A DNA stretch of 44,710 bases, taken from positions 1 through 44,710 of the forward strand of contig JAINCQ010000002.1 in assembly GCA_036574205.1 (NCBI GenBank), in the 5' to 3' direction. Position 1 is the first letter of the stretch. Each line of letters starts with the position of its first letter. Source of the DNA: Elusimicrobiota bacterium (GTDB lineage Bacteria; Elusimicrobiota; Elusimicrobia; Elusimicrobiales; UBA9959). The position numbers and the translations under genes are program-made. The notes under the pieces were generated by a model. It saw only the letters and a list, made by a program, of their open reading frames with translations, did no database searches and was not told the DNA's origin. This document shows positions 27,859 through 40,600 of this stretch, piece after piece.

Positions 27859-28598
27859 GTTTTAAACCAGATTATATACCAGAACCACAATCTCTTGAAA
27901 GAAAAGTATTTAATGAATTTGAACTAAATATACTTTTTAATAACCTGAACTGGGATATGCTTTTTTTAAGATTTTTTAACCTTAAAAAGTCCCAGCAAGA
28001 AAAAATCAATGAAACAAAAAAGGAGATGGATGAGATAGGAAAAGAAATAATAGCAGAGAAGTATTTAAAAGCAAAAGGAATTTATCAGATTTTTAAAATA
28101 AAAAACTATACTGATTACATAGAACTTATTGAAAATGAAAAAGTCATAGGCAGGATAGAATTCAATAAAACCTCAAATCATTTGCTTTCTGATTTTTTAG
28201 CTGATGAAGATTTTTTAGGTGTGGCATCTGTGTCTGTGTTTATAGACGAAAAAAAATTTCAAAAATTATTTGAAGAAAGAAAATATAGAAAACTTTATAT
28301 AATTAACTCAATTTCAATAATGATGGCTGAAAGTTTTATAGAAGTTTTGCATTATTTTGTTCAAAAAAACTTCAAAAACGAAGATGAAAATGATTTTTCT
28401 AAATTTCCACAATATATCCAGCAAACTAAAAGATATTCACCAGGATATCCATCAATAGATATAAAATTTAATAAAACATTACATGAAGTTTTAAAAGCAA
28501 ATGAAATTGGGAGTAAAATTACAGAAAGCTATATGATTGAACCAGAGTCTTCAGTTCAAGCAATAATACTACACAACCCAAAAGCATTTTATATATAA
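27855..28598 (+). CDS. Stand-alone methionine synthase activation (AdoMet-binding) domain
   Basis: MAESFIEVLH, RYSPGYPS, ITESYMIEPESSVQA...HNPKAFY; ATGA overlap with metH. Confidence 0.88.
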   Translation: MSFKPDYIPEPQSLERKVFNEFELNILFNNLNWDMLFLRFFNLKKSQQEKINETKKEMDEIGKEIIAEKYLKAKGIYQIFKIKNYTDYIELIENEKVIGRIEFNKTSNHLLSDFLADEDFLGVASVSVFIDEKKFQKLFEERKYRKLYIINSISIMMAESFIEVLHYFVQKNFKNEDENDFSKFPQYIQQTKRYSPGYPSIDIKFNKTLHEVLKANEIGSKITESYMIEPESSVQAIILHNPKAFYI

Positions 28599-28624
28599 AA
28601 AATCATTCCATATCAATGATTTTT
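28598..28624. terminator. AT-rich inverted repeat between convergent genes
   Basis: AAAAATCATT-N7-AATGATTTTT. Confidence 0.3.
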
Positions 28625-28682
28625 AAACTCTACTTTAAAAGATAACCAGTTTATAATATTGCGTCGCTTTAAAGTGAAATTA

Positions 28683-31600
28683 TTAATGTATTATTCCTAT
28701 TTTCTTGGTGATTGTTTTTGATCCTTTTGGACTTGAGGCTTTTATTCTAACTATATATCCTCCCTTTGAAACAATCCCTCCCAATTCATTTTTCCCATTC
28801 CAGTCAATATAGTTAGAACCAAGCTTTGCTCCAGTTTGACCTCTTGAAAATTTAAACTGCTTAACAAGATTGCCCAAAAGATCGTATATATCAATAGTAA
28901 CCTCAGCATCATCATTAAGTATATATGCTATTGTAACCTTCCCCTCCCTTCCGCCTTTTCTTAAATCAACCGGGTTTGGATAAGCGTCTACTTTTTGGAT
29001 TAACTCCTGACCAATTGTTGTCGCGGCTGGTTTTGACACTTCAGACCAATCAGAGTTTAACCCTGCAAAATTCCAGGCTCTGATTCTATAAGTGTAATAA
29101 TTACCAAGGGGTCTTGGAGTCTCGCCTGGATTTACAGGATCTCCAATCGAATATAGATTATTGATTCCTCCACCATATTTATATCCCGGTATTCCGGCTA
29201 TGGTTTTCCATATAGGACTTGTGTTTTCCCTTTCTTGTATTTCATAAGCCATAATATTGGACTCATTATCTGTTGAAGGAGTCCATTTAATAGAATATGA
29301 CTGTCCGGCAGCAACACCTTCGGCAACCTGTGGTTGTGGCGCTCCCGGAGTAGTTGGTTTGGTGGTATCAATTCTGAATATAAGAACAGGCGTTCCTTTT
29401 TCGTTTGGAATATAAGTTCCTCCGGATGTAACAGCCCTGACAGAAACTATATATGCCCTGTCTGATACAAATTCTCCCCATGGGGTATGCATAGCAGGAT
29501 ATGATCCCTGAATCCCTCTTTCAATTATTCTAAATGTTTTATCATCTATTTTTGAAACAAGCATTATCTCGCTCCCAACATAAACCACACCTTCCTGAGC
29601 AAAATTAGAAGCATCTTTAACTGTAAAACTGGATGAGTCAAGTGTTATTCTTGATGTAAGAGTTGTTATATTTCCGGGTGAAAGCGATATATTTTTAATG
29701 GAACCAATTAAATTCTTTCCAGCTGGCTCCCAGAGTTTTTTAATTCCTGAGACATCATTGTAATTTTCGCCAAGAGTAACCTCATATCTATCTATATTTG
29801 TTGTTGATGGCTGCCATCTTGCTGTAAGTTCATTTGTCTTATAGCTCCATACGCTTGGCACAGCGCCAACCTGAGGTACTGAATAATAAAGCTTTTGATT
29901 TTGATATCTATCGCCTATAAAATAAAGTGGTTCGCCCCAACCATTGTCAATTATCCTATCAGGTATATAATCCAAATTGGATTCAAAATCTATTATTCTG
30001 TCTCCATCTATATCAAATGATGGTAAAGGCGAATTATTAAGTGAAATATTAACACATTTTTTGGCATTAAAATAATCAAAATTATCAGGGATGCCATCAC
30101 TATTTATATCTATAAGCGGCTCATCTGGTCTACAATATGTTTGTGTAGAGCCATAAATCCATTTTGACGTATCAGCAATTGGATATCCATTTGAATTTAA
30201 AACAATATTTCCGCTTGAATCAACAAGAGCATAGGCTGGATAACCATTATCTGCAAGTATTATAGGACTATACACCGGCGTAAGTCGTATATTACCGGGC
30301 ACAATAGTAATCTGCCTTGTTTGAATTGGATATCTATCAGCAAAATACTGACCAGCTGCAAGTGGCAAACCGCCCGGTCCTTTTATATCAGAGAAATTAT
30401 TAATCTTAATCCCTGCTTTATGGCCTATTATGCTTGAAGAAGAAAGATCAATATCTCCAGTATTTATCAATATATGCACTATTGTAGTATTAGTTGTTAT
30501 GGTTATATACGGCAAATCGCCTTCTTTAATATCTACAGATATGCCGTATTTAAATGGGACAACAGATGAGTGAGTCGTTATGCCAAGACGATAATCAAAT
30601 AGAGGAGAAAAAGCTCCGTCATTATCTATATCCTTCCATATACTAACAGCTTTAAAATCTCCATCGCCAACACCCGTATAGCTTTCTTCTATTGTTCCAC
30701 TCTGATAGAAAACAAACTGCCCGATCCTTACAAAATCCTGATTGGTTTTTATTTTAAGAGTCATAACTGGCAAATCTTTTTTGTTTGTTTCTGCTGAAAG
30801 TGGAGTTACATCTATACTATTAACACTTACATACACCGCTCTTATTGGGATTAAACTTGAACTATATGGGAAGGAGGAAGTACCGGTCCCTTGAGGATTA
30901 AATTTAGATATATTTGTGTATATTGTTTGATTAACGTTATGAGGATAATTAACATTAACCCATGAATTATCATTTATAAGGGCACCAACCTTATTTCCTG
31001 GTATTGCAGTTTCACCTATATCATAAGCCACAAAGAAAGTCTGAGGTAAAGGAGATAATATTTGAGTTTCTGAAAGGAAAATTTCAGTTTGAAGTTCAAG
31101 GAGTTTTTCCTGATCATATAGATCAACCTTTACAATCTTGCTTTCAGGAGGATGGTTTATAATAGGTGTATATCTTTCTCCCAACTTCATTCCTCTTTGT
31201 GTTATCATAAGAGAAGGTTTACCATAGGAGGAGTTATAACTTATTGACGAGTAATAAACAAGTTCCGCATCGTTAAGCCATAGATAGCCATTTGAAGGGA
31301 ATCCTTCGGTTGATTTAACCACAAGCTCAAACGGAGAAGTTTCACTTGCTGTATCAGTAGAAGAAAACATATTCACAGATTTAGTCTCTTTCTCTGATAT
31401 ATTCACATCATTTACATCAAGCATATCGTTTTGATTTGCATCTCTGTATATTTTTATGAATTTCACATCACTGTTTTTACCAAACGGCGCGGCCGGGTCG
31501 TTAGATGCTCCTGTTCTTCTAAGCTTAATTGAATACCATTTGGCAAAACCAGCTTCTGTTTTCATATTAAATCTTAAAATAGGAACATCTCTCTGTGCCT

Positions 31601-34600
31601 GTCCAACTCCTCCTCCACCAACTACTTCATCCGCTATATCATAAAATCCCATTCTAACATCTGAGGGGACTTCACTAATAGACATAGGATATGTTTGAAT
31701 AGGGAATGTCGTAAGAATTATATCGTTTGGTATGGATACTGTAAAATATGATGTGTCTGATAAAAGCAATCCTACTGTTGATCCCAATATAGCAAATTGA
31801 GATATATCATATGCAATAAAAGCGCAGGTTGTCATTGTAGTTACCACTATAGGCTTTTTAAGGACAAGAGCTACTTGATTCTGAGCAAAGCTTTCATTCC
31901 CATAGCTCATAAGATGCAAATAACTGCCGGTACTGTCTGTTGCTTTATCTACGCTGTCGAATATGCAATTATTATTCGCATCTTCAAAAACTTTGACAAG
32001 ATTTATATCAGTATCATTGGCTGTTCCTATCTTTCTTAATCTTATTGCCTCTATTTTTGCCGAGGTTTTATCAACCTTCATTTTAAGAGACAGGACTCCA
32101 ACATTTTTTTGATCCTGTAAAACAGATGCTGGAGAAATATCTTCAGGTATTGTCGTTATCGTATTTATCTGAGGAAGTATGAGGTTTGCTCCTGATTTCA
32201 GAGTTCCAACATAAACTGGAGGAGTTGAGGCAGATACTGTAAAGGTAGCTATATGACCTGCATATGAAGGTCCAAATACAAAATGTTCTGTGGCCACAAT
32301 ATCCGCCCCTATAACATCATTTTGTGGATCAAGTAAGACATGGGAAAAATTAGATTTTGGATCTATATCAACCGTAACAAAAACCTTTGTAGGAGTAGAA
32401 CCTAATATAACATAATTTTGATTGGCCCCAAGTCTTGGATCTTTAACATATATTGTTGCTTTTCCCATGCTGTCAAAATCTCCAAATTTTCCACTTCCAA
32501 GTAAATAATCGCTTAAATTTTGACCAGTAATGGGATCTCTATCAAAAATGCCATTTCCATTATCAAGCCATAATTTAACAATTGAAACGTCACTATCATA
32601 ACCATTTAGTGGAGCAGGCTGACTTCTTGTAAGCTTTACGCCTTCCCATCTAACGCCATAGCCCGGAGTTTTCAATGTAAGTTGCATAAGCGGCCAGTTA
32701 ATATATCCCTGATAAACATAACCTACAAGTGGGGTACCACTTGAGTGATTGACTACTGGTGAATTAAACTGCCCTCTATCTACAAAAGCCAAAGTGTTTC
32801 CTATAATTGAATTATATTTAACTATTTCATTATCAACAACAAGATATCCACTTGATGGAAGACCAGTTGTAGTATTTACATTCCAGGCGGGATCCTGAGG
32901 TCCTGATGTGGTTATATCCTGAGCCAGAATAACTGCAGGAGAAACAACCCCATCTGTTGATATCATAAGCGAAGTAGCTGAAATAGTTACTGTAGATGGA
33001 GCCGCTATAACTTCCCTTACTATTGAAAAATAAGGCAGGGTAGAAGATGAAAGATCTATATAATTAGGCAGAGATATAGAGTTTTTTGAAGGATCATCAA
33101 ATAGTGGACTGTTTTGAGGAAAAGAATCTTCCTTTATATATGCGCCTAAATATCTTTGATTACCATACTGGTCGTTTGGCACAGCAGATTCCTTTATATC
33201 ATAAGTAACAAAATATCTCTGTGAAATACCTTTTGAATTTGCTTCAAGTTCTGTCATTATTCTTTGAGGCGCTATAAAGTCAACCCTTGAAACAAGTGTT
33301 CCGTATATCGTATTACCAAAAGTTCCACTCCCCACAAAAACGTCTTTTGATGTATCTAAAAATCCATTATTATCACTATCATACCATATCTTAACTGCCT
33401 CAACATCATTCATCGCTGTTCCCTCAGATATAACCGAGCCAGTTGCATAAATCATTACCCATCTCCAGATTGCATCTGCAACATCAGTTTTCACTTCCAG
33501 ACTCAAAACAGGTTGATTAACTGCCTTTTGCTGGAGGGTATTTCCTAAAACAGTCTGAGTCGCTATTACTATAACTTTATCTGCGTATTCTTTTACTCTT
33601 GAAACAAGTGAAACAGATTTTCCTGGAGGAGTGACTCCAATGTTATAGGTTGACATAATTTTTGGAGATTGTAAGCTAAAATAATCTGTTGTCCTTATAG
33701 CAATTCCTAAGTTTGAATAATCACTTACATAAGCTAATGGAGAAAGATCATATGTGATAAAATAATCTTTTTCAATCGGATATATTATTTGCCCATCAGG
33801 ATTGTTTTGATCTCCAGCTAAAGGAATAAATGCCTGTCCACTTATAACCGTTCCGCTTGACCAATCTCTTGCAACAGTTCCTTCAGCACCTCTTGTAATC
33901 TGAGTAAAGGCATTATTTAGATAATCAATGCTTGAATAATAAACCACCTCTTTAAGCGCTGGATCTGGCTGATCATCGTTTATTATAAGCCTTCCAGGAA
34001 CTGGCGGGAAAGGACTATCCACAGGAAAATAAACCGATATATCTGAAACCTTTATACTTGTTGTATCTCCAGCGCTAATTGGAGCAACCAATGTAGAAGC
34101 AGGGAATCTCCTTGGTTTTACTGAGGGTAAAGTAACATCAGTATCCACCTCAGGATCAAATAAACCATCCTCATTAGAATCATACCAAACCTTAATGGAT
34201 GTTACATCATCATATTTGTTATTTACAGGTATCCCACCATTTTCAGATGCTGTAATCCATCTATCTAACTTGATTCCTTTCCATAGCGCAGAACCCTTAG
34301 CTCCCTGTATTTTCAATGTCAATCTTGCTATGGCTTTATTTTTGTCGTTTTGAGTTAAAAACGACGGTTTTGAAAAATCGTTCGGTGGGGTTCTGTTAAC
34401 ATCTTCAAGTCTGACAATATCTCCAGTGGCCACTACTGGAATAGTTGATGAAACTATCGGGCTAAATGAGGCAACTTTTTCAGTAATAACCCCATCAACA
34501 TCAATCCTTGCCCCATGATAAGTAGAAGGTATAGCAGCCTCATCAAATTCATAAACAATAAAATAAGTCCTTGTTGAACCATCTATATATCCGTCTATTG

Positions 34601-37600
34601 AAGGATACTGCAACGGCAATGTCCACATATTTGGATCAGTCGGATTTATTACCGGTGGATTCAATGGATCTGTAATTTCCTTATCTATTGAATACTGAAA
34701 ATCTCCATCACCTAAACTTGGATCTCCGCCTATTGAATCAAGAAAAACCCTCATAGTCTTTATATCAGCAGGATTCCCATCTCCTGTTTTAATCACCTTA
34801 AATGCTCTAATATATCCATAAAAATCATTGGTCCAGGCTTTTACCTTAAGCATCCCAACTCTTGATTGTCCCTGCTCAACATAACTATATTGTCCCAAAG
34901 GCATAGCGCTCGGCTGCCACCATGCAGCTATATCCTCACCAGCTATCTGTATTTCAGCAGGCGCTCTTGTTACAGGTGAGGTTGCAGTATATATAGGAAA
35001 GTTATTATAAGCTATGCCTATATTAGTAGAAACATTTATAAAGGTGGGGTTCTCTATATTCAAACCAAGGCTCGTTGGAACTATAGCAGTTGTAGCTATT
35101 CTGACCGTAATAAAAAAGTTTTTGGGGATATTTGTTATTAATGTCGCTGTAGAATTTTTTATATTAAGTTCCTCAAACTTCCAACCCATATTGCCACTAT
35201 CCCATACACCAGTAGAAATTAATATATCTTTAGGCAAACCACCTAAGGTCTCTTCTCCGTCAAAAATACCTGCCTGACCATCTAAAGGATTATCCCAGTA
35301 AAATCCAACTTCAGATACATAAGAAGGTGGAAGGGTTCCAGTTGATTTTACAACTAAAGATTTCAAAATTCCATCAGCTGTTCCAGTGGGTTTTGTCTGC
35401 ATTGTTAATCTAAGCATTGCAATTGGAGCAGGCGAGCCGCCAATCATTCCGTCTCCCTGGTATAAGCTTGTTCTATAAAGCCCCATTGAAACCTTTGTTG
35501 GTGGGAGTGGATCTTCCGGAGACATATCAACAGGGGTTATCAAAATACCGCTTAAATAAACATCCCCACTTGATGAAATAGGCTTTCCCCTTGATTCATC
35601 ATTTGTATGACCATATATTGAAGGATCTGCATAATCAGTTACTCTTATATTAAGAGTTTCGATATATCTATCCACCAGTTTGAAAACCCTTTCTCCAGCG
35701 TCTGATGGAGTAAAAGTATAGTATGTTGTGTTATTATTAAGATCTCTGAAATCTGCGCCCTGAATTGAATTATTGGTTGAGATTATAGTTCCGGTATAAT
35801 ACTGTCCGTTTATTGGATCACCCGTTGCAATGTTGCCAAATTTATCCCTGATCCTTATAGTAATGAAGCCATTTTGCAAGACCCCAAGTGGAGAATCAAA
35901 AGTATAAGGATGATAAAGTGTTATATAATCAGCTTTATTTGGAGTTATATAATGATACTGAGTTACCGATTCAAAAAGAACATTATCAACGCTTCCATTA
36001 ACGACTATCGGAACACTTCCAACAATAGTATCCCAGATATAAAATGTAGAATAAGATGAACCAGGTGCTATTATGGTATTTAGTGGGTTTACAGATAAAA
36101 GCCTCCAGTTAGGATTTGAAGGTATTGTCGGTTCATCAGGCAAAGTTCCACCATAAACTGAGCTTCTCGTGGAGGTTACGACTATGTTGGTGATACTTGT
36201 AGTTGTAGTAATATTATCAAAAACATCTCTAATTGAAAGCGTTATATTTGTAGGTGTTGTTATCCCGAGTATGTAATCATGATATTGTATTGTTGTTCCG
36301 GCAATAAGTCTTCTTGGAGAAGTTTCAATCTTTAAATGATGTGGAGCTGAAGGCAAAACCGAATAAGAAGCAATTGCTACTTGCCAGTTCTTTTCATAAA
36401 CTGTATCCACAGTCAATGTATGAGTGGAGTTATATGTTGCAAGAGTATCTATAAAATAAAAAGTTGTCGTATCCTCATTTAATGCCATTTTTATTACTGC
36501 CGGTCTTGATGAAACAAAGCTTTCATCATCAGGCCAGGAAACCTTAAAATCACCACTTGATGTTGAAAACACATAGAAACTTATACCCTCACCAGGTGCA
36601 TCTTCTGAGATGACAGGGGTTCTATTTCCAAAGTAATCTTCAAGGGCAACTAAAACTACCGAAGAGGTGGAACCTGCTATAATAGTTTGACCCGCACCAT
36701 CACGTATATTCATTTTATACGTATAATCAGGAACTACTTTAACACTCTGTGTAGAAGCTTCCCAATTTATCTTATCTGCAATCTTTACTGCCATAATAGG
36801 CTTTGTCGGTAGTTGTATAGAATATTCATTAGAAGCTTTTGTATCTATATAGTAAAAATTGGTCTTATATTCGTTTATATCTATTACTGTAAAGGTTGTA
36901 GGATAAACAAACTGATAGCCAATAGTTTGGCTTGAAAGTGAAAAGGCAAAATAATCATTTGCTTTAGACTCTTCTCTTGTATAAGTTGAGAAAGATACAG
37001 TATATGGATAGGTGGCCACAGATGGATTATCAAACATATCCCTTAGCTGAGCTTCAAATGTCTGGTTATTACCTATGTAATCGGTTATTTTACCAGCAAC
37101 AAGAGTCCTTTGTGGATTTACTATTGAAATTTTTGAAACTTCTAATGGATCTACTCTTAAACTGTAAACTGCTGGTTGCATTGAAACACTTCTTGCTTCT
37201 ATCTGCCAGTAACCTGGCCTTCCTCCTTCAGCAGTATTAGAAGATGGTGAAACGCCGGAGTAAGATGCTACCCTATCATGATATCTGAATGAAACTTGAG
37301 ACTGTCCATCATATATAACTGCCTGAGGGATAAAACCAGTATTGGCAAGATTTCTAAAGCCATAATCTCCAAATGTCCCAAATGTCCCCATAACCTTGCC
37401 TAGGTTTGTATGAATTTGAACATGTTCAGGAAGCAATGTCGGATAAACTATTAAATCACCTTCTGTTGAAACGTTATCAAAGTCATCCCTTCTTTCCACA
37501 GTAAACAAACCACCCGCTCCCGGTACTTCGTCTATTCCAACACTTATATAAGCAGGTGTTGAAACCCATACAAGTTTTGTTGGTGTTCCACCTTTTGTTA

Positions 37601-40600
37601 TAAGTCTTCCACTTACATTTTGCTTTCTGGCTATATTAGTCTCTAAAAGATTTACCGTAGTTGTTCCTATCCATATCCTTGCCCAGTCATTCGCTTTTGA
37701 AGACACTTTGTAAGACAAAGGAAGCACAGTTGAACCAATAACACCAAAAGAATCTGTATACCACACAGTAGATGTTCCTATATCATACCACAGACCTGTG
37801 CCGGTATCCTGCCATTGTAAAACCCCAGTTGATCCATAAACCTGAACTATTTCTATATAAGCAGGAACATTTGCTGAGGATATTGGATTATCATATGCAT
37901 CAATAGCCTGAGCAGTCAATAGTTGTCTTCCAGGATTAGATAATGACCCTGCTCCAACAAGTTTATCATCATACGGATTTACTTTAAAAGCATATAACTC
38001 TCCGGGTAAAACTCTAACCTCCTGAAGAGGATTGACATAAACAAGAGGATTTGCTATATCCGAAGCTCCTATATAATCTATTCCGGCTTTTTTAAGAGTA
38101 AACCATAATGGTAAATATTTAAGACCGCCGTCTGAGACAAAGAAACTTGTTGTTGGTGATACAAGTGAAGGCTGTTGATTTGGATTTGACTGGTTAGTTA
38201 CTATAAATGTAACAGTTCCTAAATAAATATTTGGACCGGTAGAGCAAAGATTATCATAACTGTCATATGCCGCTAAATATGCGTCAAAAGGAACGCCAGC
38301 AATTACCGTAGTAGAGGGCAGAATGTATTTAAGTTTTGAAACGGTTGCAGGATAAACAACAAGAGTTGAAACCCAGCTATCATATGATGCAGAAGATGAT
38401 GAAGATGTGGAAGCTATTATTCTATATGTAGTTGTTGAACTTTTTGGCAAAGTTGAGAAAAGAGCATAACCATTTGATAATGCCTGATTTGCTGGAGGGG
38501 TTATTTTTGAATCATCAAGGAAAATTAACTTTACCTCAGGCATCAGGGGTATTGGATTTGTATCCTGATAAGAACCAGTTTGTTCTGTTGCTATATTATA
38601 ATAACCATCTATAAGATAAACTTTAACATTAAGAGGCCCACTATCAATAACATAAGGTAAAGGTGATCCTGATTTACCAGGATTTGGATTGGTTATTGAA
38701 TCATCTTTGCATGGTGGTTTCGTATTGCATTTTCCTTCTACTATATTTTCACCTGGTAATATAATAAAAAGTTTTGTTGCAGTTGATGCATAAACTTTGA
38801 ATGTAGATTTTGCCTGTAAATCATTATTAAGACATATATTTGAAGGAGAATTACCAATACATATATCATTTCCAGCTGCACCTGAAGGATAAAGTTTGAT
38901 ATAAGTAGATGTCGTTTTTTTAACAAGAGTAACAGGTATATTAACGACGCCATAAGACATAGTTCTAGTTGTAGGATCTATATCATATGGATCATTTGTG
39001 TATACATAGACATCAGGTCCACTTGTTATATCCTTTGCTATATTGAAATATTTATCCACAAGATTTGCTCTTACATAAAACTGCACACCTGCAGTCGGCG
39101 TTGATACAATCGTAGTTTTTCCACCATTTGGATAAATACCATTACCCGGAATATTCATCTCTCCTGGCATTAGTAACTGGAGACCATAAGGCTCATTATG
39201 TTTTACTGTAAAAGTTGAAGATTGAGGATCTGGTGCTATCCCTGAATCATAAAAATCAATTGCTGAAAGATATTGGTAAGTGGCAATTCTTAGTTCAACC
39301 GGTATTAAGTCAGTATAACCAGTGTTAATGTTTATTTCAGCTGTTGAAATAGCTGGAGCATATGGATCTTGTGGCGTATTAACCTTTACAGTCACAGGTC
39401 TTTGAGTAACTAAATTGAAATAATCATCCACTACTCCAACTCTTATATTAAATGGAACACCTGCCGTAATAGTTTGATTGAGAGACCCCTGTTTGCCAAC
39501 ATAAGATCCCTGCCACCAGTTTTCGCCAGGCAAAAGGATTAAAAGCCTTCTTGCAGTATTCGGATTAATATTAACTGGTGTTGCAGTATCAACAGATAAA
39601 GTTGGTCCCCATATTGGTGGATCATTAACCATCTCAGCCCTTATAGCAAGAGATCCAGCTCGTCTTGGAATAATTGCAAATGTAGCGCTTGAAACAACAA
39701 CCTGAGAAGATGGGATCACTGATCCAAATTGGTCATCAATTATAACTCTTATTTCCTGACTTGCACCTGGAACAAGATTCCAGAAAGCATCAGTTATATC
39801 AACCGTAATATAGAAAGTTTCCCCAGCTTTAAGTGTTGAAGAAGGAGTTCCCGTTCTTCCTTTAGTTGTCGGATTATTGTCCCCATCAAGTCTTGTTTCA
39901 CCTGGAACAAGAACCCTTAATTTTGTTGGAGTATTTGGCACTGTTGGGATAATAGTAGAGGTAGAGCCTATAAGCTGAGGTGAGCCGCTGATATCTTGAG
40001 CAAATAATTTTCTATTTGAGGCGGTCCTAAAAGTGATATTAGTAATTGTAGCTGTTCCACCTGACATTGTAAAATTACCTATAAGAGGATTAAATGGATC
40101 ATCGCTTGTAATCCTTATGGTTCTGTCGCTTGCTGATGTTGGATTATATCTTGAGTCAACTGCATAAACATAAGCATCAAACCCAACCCCTGCTGTCTGT
40201 GTTGAAACATCTCCATCAACTCCATATGGGAAAACTGTTTTACCTCCAACAAGATACTGATTTGGGATACGCCACATAAGCCTTATAGCAGTTCCAGGAA
40301 CAACATTTATTCCGCTTACAGTTGAAGTTGAAAGATATGGTACTATTGAATCGTTATCAACTGCATTTATCACAAGGTTTGAGGTTGCAGCTGAAGGCAC
40401 AAAACTTGAGAAGAAAACCTCACCATTTGCAAGCGGAGCAGCTGATGGGATATCTGCGTATATATCATTTGCCGTTATTCTAACGCTTCTCCCATCAGGC
40501 GCTTTATTATTATATAAGTCAACGCTCCTAACTCTAAGTGTATATGTACTTCCAGCAATAAGTTGAGCAACCGTACCAGTTTTGCCAGTAATACTTCCTT

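Noticed and set aside
39052..39060. Perfect DnaA box inside the giant gene
   Set aside because: Isolated and explained by the coding of VDK; a chance match is plausible.
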